From the NCBI GenBank assembly GCA_018221105.1, contig JAAOYA010000006.1, forward strand, positions 1 through 32,834: DNA of 32,834 nt, read 5' to 3'. Of this stretch, positions 9,381-19,339 are shown piece by piece. Under the pieces are notes generated by a model. That model searched no databases, was not told where the DNA came from, and was given only the letters and a program-made list of their open reading frames with translations. Positions within the stretch are counted from its first letter, which is position 1, and each line of letters begins with the position of its first letter. Made by a program: the position numbers and the translations under genes. This DNA is from Candidatus Woesearchaeota archaeon (lineage in GTDB: Archaea; Nanobdellota; Nanobdellia; Woesearchaeales; JAAOYA01).

Positions 9381-12300
9381 ATGAACAAAAAGAGGTTTTT
9401 GACGCTCATAACACTAGCTTTTATTCTAATAATTATACCACTAGCACTAGGCGCAGATTATTGTTGTTGTTATACTGATGTTGACGAACAAAATCAATCA
9501 GCATATATTGAAGGACAAAGTGATGTTTATACTTGCGATATTGATTATCCCGCTAGCTCAACAACTAATGCTGATAGTGTGACACCGCTAATTCTAAACT
9601 CTGATGAGTGCAGCACATATTGTGATGTAGCAATTGCTGGCCCAGGACCAACAGTTCAAACAATCGATTACACAATCACAGGAAGAGTCTACGATGAGAC
9701 TAATCAACCATTAGAAGGTGCAACAGTTAGTGGTGGACAAGTAGACGCTACAGGAGTTGCCAGCACATTAACAAACGTTGATGGATTTTATACTATAACA
9801 GTATCAGTGTTAGATACAGAGAATAGCATTACAGTTTATGCGACTCACAATTTATATGCGCAAAACTCTCAAGTAGCACAATTACCACTAGTTCAAAATC
9901 TTAATTTTAACATGGAATTGCGAACAGCTTGCATTGTAGATATTGACTGTAATGACAATGATGATACAACAACAGACAATTGCATCAATGAAGTTTGTGT
10001 TTATACAACAGTAGAACAACCGCCAACACCCCCAACCTGTCAAGTGGGAGACGCACTATGTTGTGGTAATGATTTGTGGGAGTCAGAAATACGCGAGGAA
10101 TGTGATGGTGTGGACGCGTCAAGTTGTGGTGGAGCAGCATGTCTTAATGATTGCACTTGTGCAAGAGTAGTACAGTGCACTGTTGATAGTGATTGTTCAC
10201 AAGGACAAGTTTGTGATAATGGAGAATGTGTAGTGCCATCAGCTTGTGGAGATGGCGATTATGCAGACGATCCAGGAGAAGAATGCGACGCGTTATGGGA
10301 CCCGTACCTTGGAATTGTTGATTACACTGGAACTTGCACGTCAGAAGACTTGTGCACACCAGCAGGGTTTCCAGGAGAGTGTCGTTGCAAACCAACACCA
10401 CAATGTGTACAACAACAAAGCGAAACTTTTGGCATTGAATGTACAGATGATTGCGCTTGTGAAGATTTGTGCCCTGTAGGACCTACAAACCTTGGACTAA
10501 CACCTAGTATTGATGAAGTAAGATTAGATTGGACTAATGATTGCGATCAAACAACAAAACAATATGTTTACCGATGTCAAACAATTGATTGTTTACCTTC
10601 ACAAAGTGGTATGATAATATCTCCAGAATTAAACGCTAACACTGATAGTTATACAGATAATCAAATAATGCCAGGAACTAGTTATTGTTATCAAATAGCA
10701 GCACAAGTTAGCAGTGCAACAAGCGCTATATTTAGTGAAAAAAATTGTACAAGCTCAGATGTAAACGATTGTGCTGGCGGCCAAGGTAGCTATTGTGCAA
10801 GCAATGCTATTAATTATTGTGATGGCAGCACAGCATTAGACTGTGGTGGTGACGTATGTGTAGAACAAGATAACAGTGCAAGTTGTGAACCTCAATCAAG
10901 CTGTGCAGGTTGTAACATACCAATAGGACTTTTTGGTGCTGTAACAGGACAATTAGGATTACAAATACATGATGATTTTTGTTTTAGTGAAGACGTTCCA
11001 ACATGCTATTTTGATTTAGGAAACAGTGTTAATAACTATTTTCAAGAATGTAAAGTTGGCGGAGTGCAAATAGATTCTTGCTATGATTTCAAAACAGAAT
11101 ACGCTTGTCAAAACGACAATAACAAATGTGGTTTTAGTGCTGGCGAGTGCGAATGGCAAACAGTAACTGACAATTCAGCATTAGACGAGTTAGGAGCAGG
11201 TGTTTGTAGGCCAACAGATATTGCAAAACAAGAATGTAGCAGGTGCGATGTTGACGCAGGATTTGACAATTGTAACACACAACTATGCGAGCTTTATGCT
11301 GCGCGAGATGATGGCAATAGTGATTGTCATTATTCAATAGTTGGCTGTAAAGCATCTGATGAGATGGGTTGTTCATTATATGATACTGCACAGCAATGCT
11401 TGGGATCTAACGGTCAAGAAAGTGATTATGAACTAAAATATACTCCGCTACCTCATGATGGCATTAGGGTAGGAGTTACTAATGTTCGAAATCAGTCAAG
11501 CGAAGACCAGTTTGGATACGGCACTTGCAAGTGGGGTTATGACTCAATAAGAGATGCTAATCGTTGCTTTAAAGACGCTGATGATAACAACAGACCAGAT
11601 TGTTTAGGATTTGTGTGCGATACTGATAATACACCACCAGTAACAACAATCAATTACCCATCAAGAACCGGACTACCAATAATGTTAGATGTTAGGGTTC
11701 AAGACATCACAGAATATGGCATTAGAACATATTACAGAATAGTAGAAAAAACAATTTATGACACAGACCCACTAATACATTATCCTAATAGCAGCACAAC
11801 AAACGTATACGATAGTGATGCGGGAATTGACATTGTCAACAATGCAAACCTTGCAGACCAAGAAGACACAGAATTTACTATTGTTTACTATTCTGTTGAC
11901 GCAGTCAACAACTTAGAAGGAATAACCACTCTAACTTTAGAAGTTGATTCAAGAGCTCCAACAATAACACTAGTAGAAGATGATAGAACATCTTACGCGA
12001 TTGACGAATTTGAAGATAATTGGTTTACAGATCTTTCAATACACTTAGAAGCCGACGAGCAATCACGTTGCAGCGCGTACTTGGCGAATGATTTTGGAAC
12101 TGGAACACCAGTGCAAACCTATAACAACTTAAACGGTGAGCTAACACCAACAAGAACACTTATTTATAATTTACAAGACGGATTTTACAATTATCATTAT
12201 ACTTGCATTGATGAAGTAGGAAACCAAGCCTCTGATATTATACAATTAAGAATTGAAGGCTCAAAAGCGATAATTGTAAACGAGCCAACAAGAACAGAAG

Positions 12301-15300
12301 CAGGAGTAACTATTGGTGATAGTGTACAACTAGATATAACAACTGATACTTTTGCAACTTGCAAGTACAGCACTACTGACCCATTCTACCAGGATAGAAC
12401 AATATTTTTTGAAAATGAAATGATCGCTATGGTTAGTGCTGATGGAATAACGCACACTGCAGAAACTACAATTTATCATGATGCTAGAAACCTATACTAC
12501 TTCAGATGCACAATAGAAGGCCAAATAAAAGGCAACAGAGCAGACGTTGGATGGATAGCTGTTGACAGTCAAGCACCAGACACTTGGCATGAAGTATTAG
12601 CTGACACAACAGACCCTAACCAAATATGGTATGCAAGTGATGGAGATTTAATAGTGCAATTAAACTGTCAAGACCCCGCACTAATATTGCTTGGTGATGA
12701 TAAAGCATTCAATGACTGTCAAATCTATTATTGTCAAATAATAACTGATGAAACAAGCACTAACACATGTGATACCTTTGGCAATCCACTAGCAGATAAT
12801 AAAATCACAATTAACAATCATAACGATGTGTACTATTACGCGCAAGACACAGAAGGCAACACTGCAGAATTGCAGCATTTTAAAATATTGCTTGACAAGT
12901 ACGATCCGGTTTTTACTAGAGTATTATTAGTTGACCAAAATGGTTATCAGCAATCAACAATAAGCTTTGGGTCCTGGATTGTCAACATTACAATGTCAGA
13001 AGAGTTAAGCGACATACAAGCCTATTATACAGTGCCAAGCTCAACTGGCTTGCAAACACAAGAATTGTACTATATTGAAAGAGCACAAAACAATGATCAA
13101 TTCGAATTATTACTAGCAGTATTGCCTTCTACTCAATTTGAAGGTATTGACGATCAAATAGCAGAACTAACACTAATAGCTACAGACCTACATGGCAGAA
13201 TAACAAATTATAATATGACTTTTGTAATTGATACAAAAGCGCCACTCGTGTGGTTAGAGCCAATGTTTACAAGCGCGTATTCTTACCCAACATTCCCATA
13301 CGCTGACAGCGATAATAGTCCATACCCATTATATGAAGAAGAAGGAATATATTATACTAACCAAGACGACTTGTTTGTAACAGGGTTTGTAGACTCTGCA
13401 CAAAACATATTATTCATCACTAATAATTCACAAGGAACAAACATCAAAGAGTCAACACTGCAACAAAACACAAAACATTCCGATATAGCAACATCACAAT
13501 TAAGCACTTCAAGCGATAAAGGACAAGACCATATTAACTTATTAGGAAGCATAGGAAACTACCCTGGAATACTAGCAAATGATTACATGGCAATAAATGG
13601 TTTTAGGCAAAACTATGGAGCTTATGGAAAATATTATTTGCTAAGAAGTGTTGTACAACCATCAAGTGGTGGAGGATTTCCATACACAGCATTTATTTTT
13701 GATACTCCACTAGAGCAAGACATTAACGCAAATACCTTACAAACAATCAGTGTTTATGCATTAGAGACTCCAAGTACTTGGTTTGGCCAAAACTTAGAAT
13801 TACAAGAAGGCTACAACACTTTTTACGTAGAAGCCTACGATAATAACAATAATATAGGAAGAATTCCGCAAAGTGATGCTTTCACATTGTACGTTGACAC
13901 AACACTATTTGATAACAGCATAACATTACTGCCAGGGCCAGGAAGCAACAATAATGCTAACACTCCAATACAATTCACTTTAACAAAACAGTCAACAACA
14001 GCAGTAGGCATTCCGGCAAACCTTGTAGATGTAACACTGACAGGCAATGATGTTAATGCTCCAAACCTTCCACCAGCAAATATTAGCACTCAAATATTCA
14101 ACGGTCAAACAATTTACACAATAACCTATGAGTTACAAAGCCCATTAGCTGACGGTTCATACACTTTAACATACTTAATAAGTGATAAAGCAACAAACAA
14201 CATTCAAGGAAGTTATGATTTTGAAATTGACACGCAAGCACCAAACACTCCAACAATAAACTTTGAACCAATCGGAGGAATATATCACAATCAAAGATGG
14301 TATTTAAAAGAAGCACCTTATGGCACTGAAGAAAAACCAGTAATTTTTAGATTAGACTTTGATGAGCCAACAGACACAATTGAAGTAACAACAGTAGCAC
14401 TAAGCGAAAACGGCAATGATAAATTTGACTGTTTCCAAAGTATCACATTTAACACTTTTGACTGTGTACTCTCCAGTGCTATAGACTTACTGCCAGGAAC
14501 ACAAAACTATCAACCAGAACCAGACTTTGAAGTACACGTAACAGCACAAAAAATTGTTAGTAATCCATTAGATGGAGATGAAGACATTGGAGAAGGAAAC
14601 TATCACGGTTGCGCTAATGATAATAGTTGTTTCTTTTTCACAATTGATAGCCAAACGCCTCAAATAGTAAACTTAGATATAAACTCTAGAGTGCGTGATG
14701 ATTACAGAATTAATTTCACAGCAGAAATACCTAACGAAAACCATGAATTGCGCGGAACAGTCACACTAACAGGACCAGGCGGATCACAAACTATTGATTT
14801 AACACATGTTGGACGCCAAGGAGAATACCACACTTTTAACTTTAGAGTCCCAGACTATGACGGCAGCGAATTAGAAGGAAATTATAATTTTGACTTTGAA
14901 ATTTGCGACTTTGCAGACAATTGCCAAACAGAACAAAAAATAGTTTATGTAGACCTAACACAACCAAGCATTGAAGATCTTCAAATCAGCTTTGATTCAG
15001 AAGTAATACAAATACCAGGACGTGGTTATGTAACACGATTTGATAACGTGATAATCAGTGGAACAATAGCTGATAATGATATAAAAGAGGTAATATTTGA
15101 ACCAGGAGATTACAACATAGAACTTGGAGCTAACGAACCATTTGAAACAGTTGTGCCGACAGATAATCATTTCACAAAACAAATAAGACTGCCATTAGGA
15201 CAAGCAAACCAAGAAGAAATTAATGAAATACGCATTACTTTAATAGACCAGGCAGGCTATGAAGTTCCACAAGTGATAAGAATAATTAAAGACCAGCGAA

Positions 15301-15344
15301 GGCCAGAAGTTCCACAGTTCACTATTAGCAGCAGACTATCATGA
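9381..15344 (+). CDS. Giant secreted multidomain surface protein (carboxypeptidase-regulatory-like, Cys-rich repeats, FN3, tandem Ig-like domains)
   Basis: 1987 aa from the re-assigned start MNKKRFLTLITLAFILIIIPLALG. Motifs: ITGRVYDETNQPLEGATVS; CTVDSDC and CGDG....GEECD repeats; FN3-like LDW...YVYR..YTD...PGTSYCYQI; repeated DxxxP Ig linkers (DNTPP, DSRAP, DSQAP, DTKAP, DTQAP, DSQTP). Confidence 0.85.
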   Translation: MNKKRFLTLITLAFILIIIPLALGADYCCCYTDVDEQNQSAYIEGQSDVYTCDIDYPASSTTNADSVTPLILNSDECSTYCDVAIAGPGPTVQTIDYTITGRVYDETNQPLEGATVSGGQVDATGVASTLTNVDGFYTITVSVLDTENSITVYATHNLYAQNSQVAQLPLVQNLNFNMELRTACIVDIDCNDNDDTTTDNCINEVCVYTTVEQPPTPPTCQVGDALCCGNDLWESEIREECDGVDASSCGGAACLNDCTCARVVQCTVDSDCSQGQVCDNGECVVPSACGDGDYADDPGEECDALWDPYLGIVDYTGTCTSEDLCTPAGFPGECRCKPTPQCVQQQSETFGIECTDDCACEDLCPVGPTNLGLTPSIDEVRLDWTNDCDQTTKQYVYRCQTIDCLPSQSGMIISPELNANTDSYTDNQIMPGTSYCYQIAAQVSSATSAIFSEKNCTSSDVNDCAGGQGSYCASNAINYCDGSTALDCGGDVCVEQDNSASCEPQSSCAGCNIPIGLFGAVTGQLGLQIHDDFCFSEDVPTCYFDLGNSVNNYFQECKVGGVQIDSCYDFKTEYACQNDNNKCGFSAGECEWQTVTDNSALDELGAGVCRPTDIAKQECSRCDVDAGFDNCNTQLCELYAARDDGNSDCHYSIVGCKASDEMGCSLYDTAQQCLGSNGQESDYELKYTPLPHDGIRVGVTNVRNQSSEDQFGYGTCKWGYDSIRDANRCFKDADDNNRPDCLGFVCDTDNTPPVTTINYPSRTGLPIMLDVRVQDITEYGIRTYYRIVEKTIYDTDPLIHYPNSSTTNVYDSDAGIDIVNNANLADQEDTEFTIVYYSVDAVNNLEGITTLTLEVDSRAPTITLVEDDRTSYAIDEFEDNWFTDLSIHLEADEQSRCSAYLANDFGTGTPVQTYNNLNGELTPTRTLIYNLQDGFYNYHYTCIDEVGNQASDIIQLRIEGSKAIIVNEPTRTEAGVTIGDSVQLDITTDTFATCKYSTTDPFYQDRTIFFENEMIAMVSADGITHTAETTIYHDARNLYYFRCTIEGQIKGNRADVGWIAVDSQAPDTWHEVLADTTDPNQIWYASDGDLIVQLNCQDPALILLGDDKAFNDCQIYYCQIITDETSTNTCDTFGNPLADNKITINNHNDVYYYAQDTEGNTAELQHFKILLDKYDPVFTRVLLVDQNGYQQSTISFGSWIVNITMSEELSDIQAYYTVPSSTGLQTQELYYIERAQNNDQFELLLAVLPSTQFEGIDDQIAELTLIATDLHGRITNYNMTFVIDTKAPLVWLEPMFTSAYSYPTFPYADSDNSPYPLYEEEGIYYTNQDDLFVTGFVDSAQNILFITNNSQGTNIKESTLQQNTKHSDIATSQLSTSSDKGQDHINLLGSIGNYPGILANDYMAINGFRQNYGAYGKYYLLRSVVQPSSGGGFPYTAFIFDTPLEQDINANTLQTISVYALETPSTWFGQNLELQEGYNTFYVEAYDNNNNIGRIPQSDAFTLYVDTTLFDNSITLLPGPGSNNNANTPIQFTLTKQSTTAVGIPANLVDVTLTGNDVNAPNLPPANISTQIFNGQTIYTITYELQSPLADGSYTLTYLISDKATNNIQGSYDFEIDTQAPNTPTINFEPIGGIYHNQRWYLKEAPYGTEEKPVIFRLDFDEPTDTIEVTTVALSENGNDKFDCFQSITFNTFDCVLSSAIDLLPGTQNYQPEPDFEVHVTAQKIVSNPLDGDEDIGEGNYHGCANDNSCFFFTIDSQTPQIVNLDINSRVRDDYRINFTAEIPNENHELRGTVTLTGPGGSQTIDLTHVGRQGEYHTFNFRVPDYDGSELEGNYNFDFEICDFADNCQTEQKIVYVDLTQPSIEDLQISFDSEVIQIPGRGYVTRFDNVIISGTIADNDIKEVIFEPGDYNIELGANEPFETVVPTDNHFTKQIRLPLGQANQEEINEIRITLIDQAGYEVPQVIRIIKDQRRPEVPQFTISSRLS

Positions 15345-18300
15345 CTTCATCATTCAAAGTCTTCACCATCATAACACTATTAATACTATTTTCAAGTGTT
15401 GTGTGTGCGCAGACAGTAATAAACACTGCAAACCCTCAAATAGAAGTAGCATTTGGCGAAGAGGTAATATTAATAGATGCCATAATTATAGATCAAGAAT
15501 TAAACCCTTACACAGTTTTAAATTCTACAAGTGATAGTCAAACATTTATTTTCTGGCCAGAACAAGCATTGCTTAATGGTTATTATGATTTACTAGTACA
15601 AGTTACAGATATTGTAGGAAACTTAGGAACTTACAGTTATGATTTTATAATTGATGCTCCAGTAACAGAAATAATTCTTGCAAACCCATACCTTGGATAC
15701 TCGCAAAACACAACTTTTGACATAATTTTAAGCACTACAAGAAGTGCACAGTGCAAATACAAAACAGTATCACTTAATCAAAACATCAGCTATACTAGCC
15801 CATCACTTTTAAATTTTGATACTTCACAAGACCAAACACATATACTAAACAATTACTTTGTACCGGCCGACTCATCAATACCAACAGATTTTTATGTTGT
15901 ATGCAATAACACTGCCCCTGACGTAAGAGGACTTTTATCAATAGAACATTTTGAATTATATGTTGACACAATAACACCTCAAATTAATAGTCTAGTATTT
16001 AATCCTAATAGAATAATAGACTTTGATGATGTTGCACAATACTTGCAAACAAATCTTAGGGTTAGCGCCTCAGAGTCAGTAATATGTCAGTACAAAGAAA
16101 ACATTACAAACACTTACCAAAATTTTGACAATTATGATAATAACAACTTGTTAGCTTATGATAATAGTCCTCAACAATCAGTTGATGATATACCAATACA
16201 ATCACCAGCAAGCTATGAATACACAGTTCGCTGTGAAGACCCAAGCCAGCGAATGACACAAGAGCAAAGCCTCATTGTAGAAGTTGATTTGTCAGCCAGT
16301 TTAACAATCAGAATTACTTCACCAACACAATACACTTCACAGCGCGACACTAATCTTGAGATGAGCACTAACAAACAAGCAATTTGTTATTACACGCTAG
16401 ACACTGAAACAACACAACAAATAGAATCTGGTGGAATACCATCAACAACACATAATGTTGACCTTGAAACATTAAGTATTGGAGCACACACACTAGAACT
16501 GTTATGTCGCTCTTCACAAGCAGGCTTTGAAGCAGAAGACAGCAGAACGTACGCTTTTACTATTGATCAAACACCTCCAGAAGTTACTGATATTGACACT
16601 CGCGATTTTGTTTGCCCTGCAAGCGATGGCGATTATGATTTAACCATTGAATTTGATGGAAGTGATAATGGACAACTTGACGGGTTTAATTATTCTATAG
16701 GAAGAGGCCGAGGAGATGATAATGTTGAAAGCTGGCAAAAAGTTGGCAGTAGAGTTAGAGCACGCAACATGAACTTATCAGGAGCTAGCAATATTTACGT
16801 CAATGTTAAAGCAGTTGACATGGCAGGACTGCAAAGCACTCAAGAAAGCCAAGAAGTAGAAGTTCGCAACGCCATAGAAGAAGGTTGTCGAGAATCAGAC
16901 CCTCCAACAGTAACACTTACAACTAATGATGTTGAGGGCGGTGTTGAAGTAGAAATTAATTGTTATGATGAGAGCGGTTGTGATCAAGTACTCTACGATA
17001 TTGATACTGATGAAGATTCTTGCAATCCAACATCAACTTACACACTACCATTTATTATTGATAGCACAACATATGTTTGCTGGAGTGCAACAGACGAGGC
17101 ATCAAACACTGATGAGGACAGTGAACTAGTAGAAGTGCTAGCAGGACACTGCTCTAACCAATTAACAGATAATGGAGAGAGCGATGTTGACTGTGGCGGA
17201 CCATGCGATGCATGCGACGAGGGAGCAGATTGTAATAATAACAATGATTGCGATAGTCTAATATGTCAAAGTTCAACATGTCAAGGGGCAAGCTGCTCTG
17301 ACGACATAAAAAACGGTGATGAAGGAGGAGTTGATTGTGGAGGCAGTTGCGCAAGCCAATGCAGCCTTGGAAGCTCTTGCGATATTAACAGTGACTGTGG
17401 CAGTAATAGTTGCGCACAAAACATTTGTGTAGAATCAAGCTGCTCTGACGACATGCGAAACGGTGATGAAACAGCAATAGATTGCGGCGGTTCATGTGAA
17501 GGTTGCACAGACGCTCAAAGTTGCACAACAGAAAGCGATTGCATATCAAATGTTTGCACAGGAGGCTTTTGTGTAGGCAGCGAGCGCGACAGTGACGGTG
17601 ACGGAATGAGCGACAATTACGAACTAGCCAACGGATTAGACCCCGAAAACCCTGACGATGCAGAGCTTGACACTGATGGTGACGGACTGACAAACCTTGA
17701 AGAATATCGCATAGGAACAAGCGCACAATTAAAAGACACTGATGGTGACGGACACAACGATTTTAAAGAATACAACAAAGGATTCAACCCATTAGACCCT
17801 GACAGTCACCCAAAATCATTAATTTTAATATTATTGTTATACATAATACTTTTAGCATTACTAGGCACAGGAGGATACTTTGGATATCGCTATTATCTAG
17901 AACACTATGCAAGCGGTACAAAACAACAAAAAACTTCTTTTAAAACAGGAATCGAACAAACAATAATGAAACCATTCTTAACAGAAGAAGAAAAAGCGCG
18001 CATTGCAAAACGCAAAATTGAAGATGCGAAAAAATCAGCCAAAGATCGCAAAGATCTATTTTCAAAATTCAAAACAGAAGGCAAACCGCAAGAGAGAATA
18101 ACGCCGCAAAAAGAATTAAAGTCGTTAGATATCAAACCAGGAAAAACAGCCACTGAAGAATTCATAGAATTAACAAAACTAAAAGAACACATGCAAAAAA
18201 ATAAAGGAGTACTAGAAAAACTCTCTGATGTAACAGAAGCTGACGAGTTCGAACAATTAACAAACCTATTAGACAAAAAAGGCCTAGCAAAAGAAGAACT

Positions 18301-18535
18301 ACAAAACTTTGCTGATAAATTCGGAAGCAAATTCGACCAATTACTAACAAAAGACGAAGTAAAACAAGCTACTACCACAAAAGAACAAGAAAACATTAAA
18401 GAAATATTCACTCAATTATCAAACCTAGCAGAAAAAAAACACCCTACAAAATCAAAAATACAAAAGCCTGCCATAAAAAAAGCGGTAACAAAAAAATCAG
18501 AGCCGCAAAAAAAGCCAGTAGAACCAAAACAATGA
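15341..18535 (+). CDS. Membrane-anchored surface protein: Ig-like domains, three Cys-rich repeats, TSP3-like Ca-binding repeats, TM helix, Lys/Glu-rich cytoplasmic tail
   Basis: 1064 aa, ATGA overlap, signal peptide. It has 3 copies of CS....N..E..VDCGG.C, then DSDGDGMSDNYE, DTDGDGLTNLEE and DTDGDGHNDFKE. The TM is LILILLLYIILLALLGTGGYFGY (~17819-17887). Confidence 0.85.
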   Translation: MTSSFKVFTIITLLILFSSVVCAQTVINTANPQIEVAFGEEVILIDAIIIDQELNPYTVLNSTSDSQTFIFWPEQALLNGYYDLLVQVTDIVGNLGTYSYDFIIDAPVTEIILANPYLGYSQNTTFDIILSTTRSAQCKYKTVSLNQNISYTSPSLLNFDTSQDQTHILNNYFVPADSSIPTDFYVVCNNTAPDVRGLLSIEHFELYVDTITPQINSLVFNPNRIIDFDDVAQYLQTNLRVSASESVICQYKENITNTYQNFDNYDNNNLLAYDNSPQQSVDDIPIQSPASYEYTVRCEDPSQRMTQEQSLIVEVDLSASLTIRITSPTQYTSQRDTNLEMSTNKQAICYYTLDTETTQQIESGGIPSTTHNVDLETLSIGAHTLELLCRSSQAGFEAEDSRTYAFTIDQTPPEVTDIDTRDFVCPASDGDYDLTIEFDGSDNGQLDGFNYSIGRGRGDDNVESWQKVGSRVRARNMNLSGASNIYVNVKAVDMAGLQSTQESQEVEVRNAIEEGCRESDPPTVTLTTNDVEGGVEVEINCYDESGCDQVLYDIDTDEDSCNPTSTYTLPFIIDSTTYVCWSATDEASNTDEDSELVEVLAGHCSNQLTDNGESDVDCGGPCDACDEGADCNNNNDCDSLICQSSTCQGASCSDDIKNGDEGGVDCGGSCASQCSLGSSCDINSDCGSNSCAQNICVESSCSDDMRNGDETAIDCGGSCEGCTDAQSCTTESDCISNVCTGGFCVGSERDSDGDGMSDNYELANGLDPENPDDAELDTDGDGLTNLEEYRIGTSAQLKDTDGDGHNDFKEYNKGFNPLDPDSHPKSLILILLLYIILLALLGTGGYFGYRYYLEHYASGTKQQKTSFKTGIEQTIMKPFLTEEEKARIAKRKIEDAKKSAKDRKDLFSKFKTEGKPQERITPQKELKSLDIKPGKTATEEFIELTKLKEHMQKNKGVLEKLSDVTEADEFEQLTNLLDKKGLAKEELQNFADKFGSKFDQLLTKDEVKQATTTKEQENIKEIFTQLSNLAEKKHPTKSKIQKPAIKKAVTKKSEPQKKPVEPKQ
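17150..17577 (+). repeat. Three tandem 144-147 nt coding repeats (48-49 aa Cys-rich units)
   Basis: CAAGCTGCTCTGACGACAT....AACGGTGATGAA occurs at 17289 and 17436 (147 nt apart). A more diverged unit starts at 17150. Confidence 0.85.
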
Positions 18536-19011
18536 AAATAAAAGCTCAACTAACAGGACAATTCGTTGTTTACATGGCAGCAGCAGTTGTAGCAGTAATA
18601 GTAGTGATTTATGGGTTTAGCGCGATAAAAACCTTTCTAGAACAAAGAGGAGATGTTGAAACAACAAAACTAGTAGAAGACCTAAAAACAGAAATTATCA
18701 AAATGGCGACTCAGCCACGCGACGTAGAACAAAAAAATCTTCGAGCACCACTAAAATACACACAATTATGTTTTATAGACTCTCAAAACCCCGGAATCTT
18801 AGATGACCCACTAATCAATGAAAGCTATCAAAGCGGCAAAAACTTCTTTCTAATAAGTAACGAGCAAACAATAGGCTATGACATAGGAATTATTGTGACA
18901 AGCCCTCAAAGCCCACTATGCATTGACAATCCAACAGGCTTGACAAAACTACGATTAGAAGGACTGGGCAATTCAGTGCAAGTAAGCGAGTGGCCTACAA
19001 ACCTACAATGA
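18532..19011 (+). CDS. Class III signal peptide (pilin-like) protein
   Basis: 159 aa; MKIKA|QLTGQFVVYMAAAVVAVIVVIYG; two Cys; ATGA overlap. Confidence 0.75.
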   Translation: MKIKAQLTGQFVVYMAAAVVAVIVVIYGFSAIKTFLEQRGDVETTKLVEDLKTEIIKMATQPRDVEQKNLRAPLKYTQLCFIDSQNPGILDDPLINESYQSGKNFFLISNEQTIGYDIGIIVTSPQSPLCIDNPTGLTKLRLEGLGNSVQVSEWPTNLQ

Positions 19012-19301
19012 AATTCTTTGACAAAGTTTATTCTATAGTGCAAAAAATACCTCGTGGCAAAGTGATAACTTACGGCCAAATAGCAAAAAAACTACAAACA
19101 CGCAATGCAAGACTAATAGGCTTTGCACTAAACAAAAACCCTAACAACAAAAAAACACCCTGTCATCGCGTAGTATTCGCCGATGGCAGCCTAGCACCAG
19201 GATTTATTTTTGGCGGTCCAAAAAAACAAAAAAAACTATTACAAGTTGAAGGCGTAAAATTTGAAAACAACAAAGTACTAAGAGAACACTTTTGCAAATA
19301 A
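19008..19301 (+). CDS. ogt: O6-methylguanine-DNA methyltransferase, single-domain MGMT family
   Basis: 97 aa from the ATG at 19008 (ATGA overlap). It shows IPRGKVITYGQIA, ARLIGFALNKNP, the active-site PCHRVV and LLQVEGV. Confidence 0.9.
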   Translation: MKFFDKVYSIVQKIPRGKVITYGQIAKKLQTRNARLIGFALNKNPNNKKTPCHRVVFADGSLAPGFIFGGPKKQKKLLQVEGVKFENNKVLREHFCK

Positions 19302-19302
19302 T

Positions 19303-19318
19303 AAAAACTTTTTTATAC
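19303..19318 (+). promoter_or_regulatory. BRE/TATA promoter (leaderless) for the 19340 operon
   Basis: AAAAAC-TTTTTTATAC ends about 22 nt before the ATG at 19340. Confidence 0.55.
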
Positions 19319-19339
19319 GCTCGAGCAAAATAAAATACT

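Noticed and set aside
17150..17810. Repeats as a possible CRISPR array or DGR template/variable pair
   Set aside because: They are in-frame degenerate coding repeats with no unique spacers, no adenine-specific mismatch pattern, and no cas or reverse transcriptase gene in the window.
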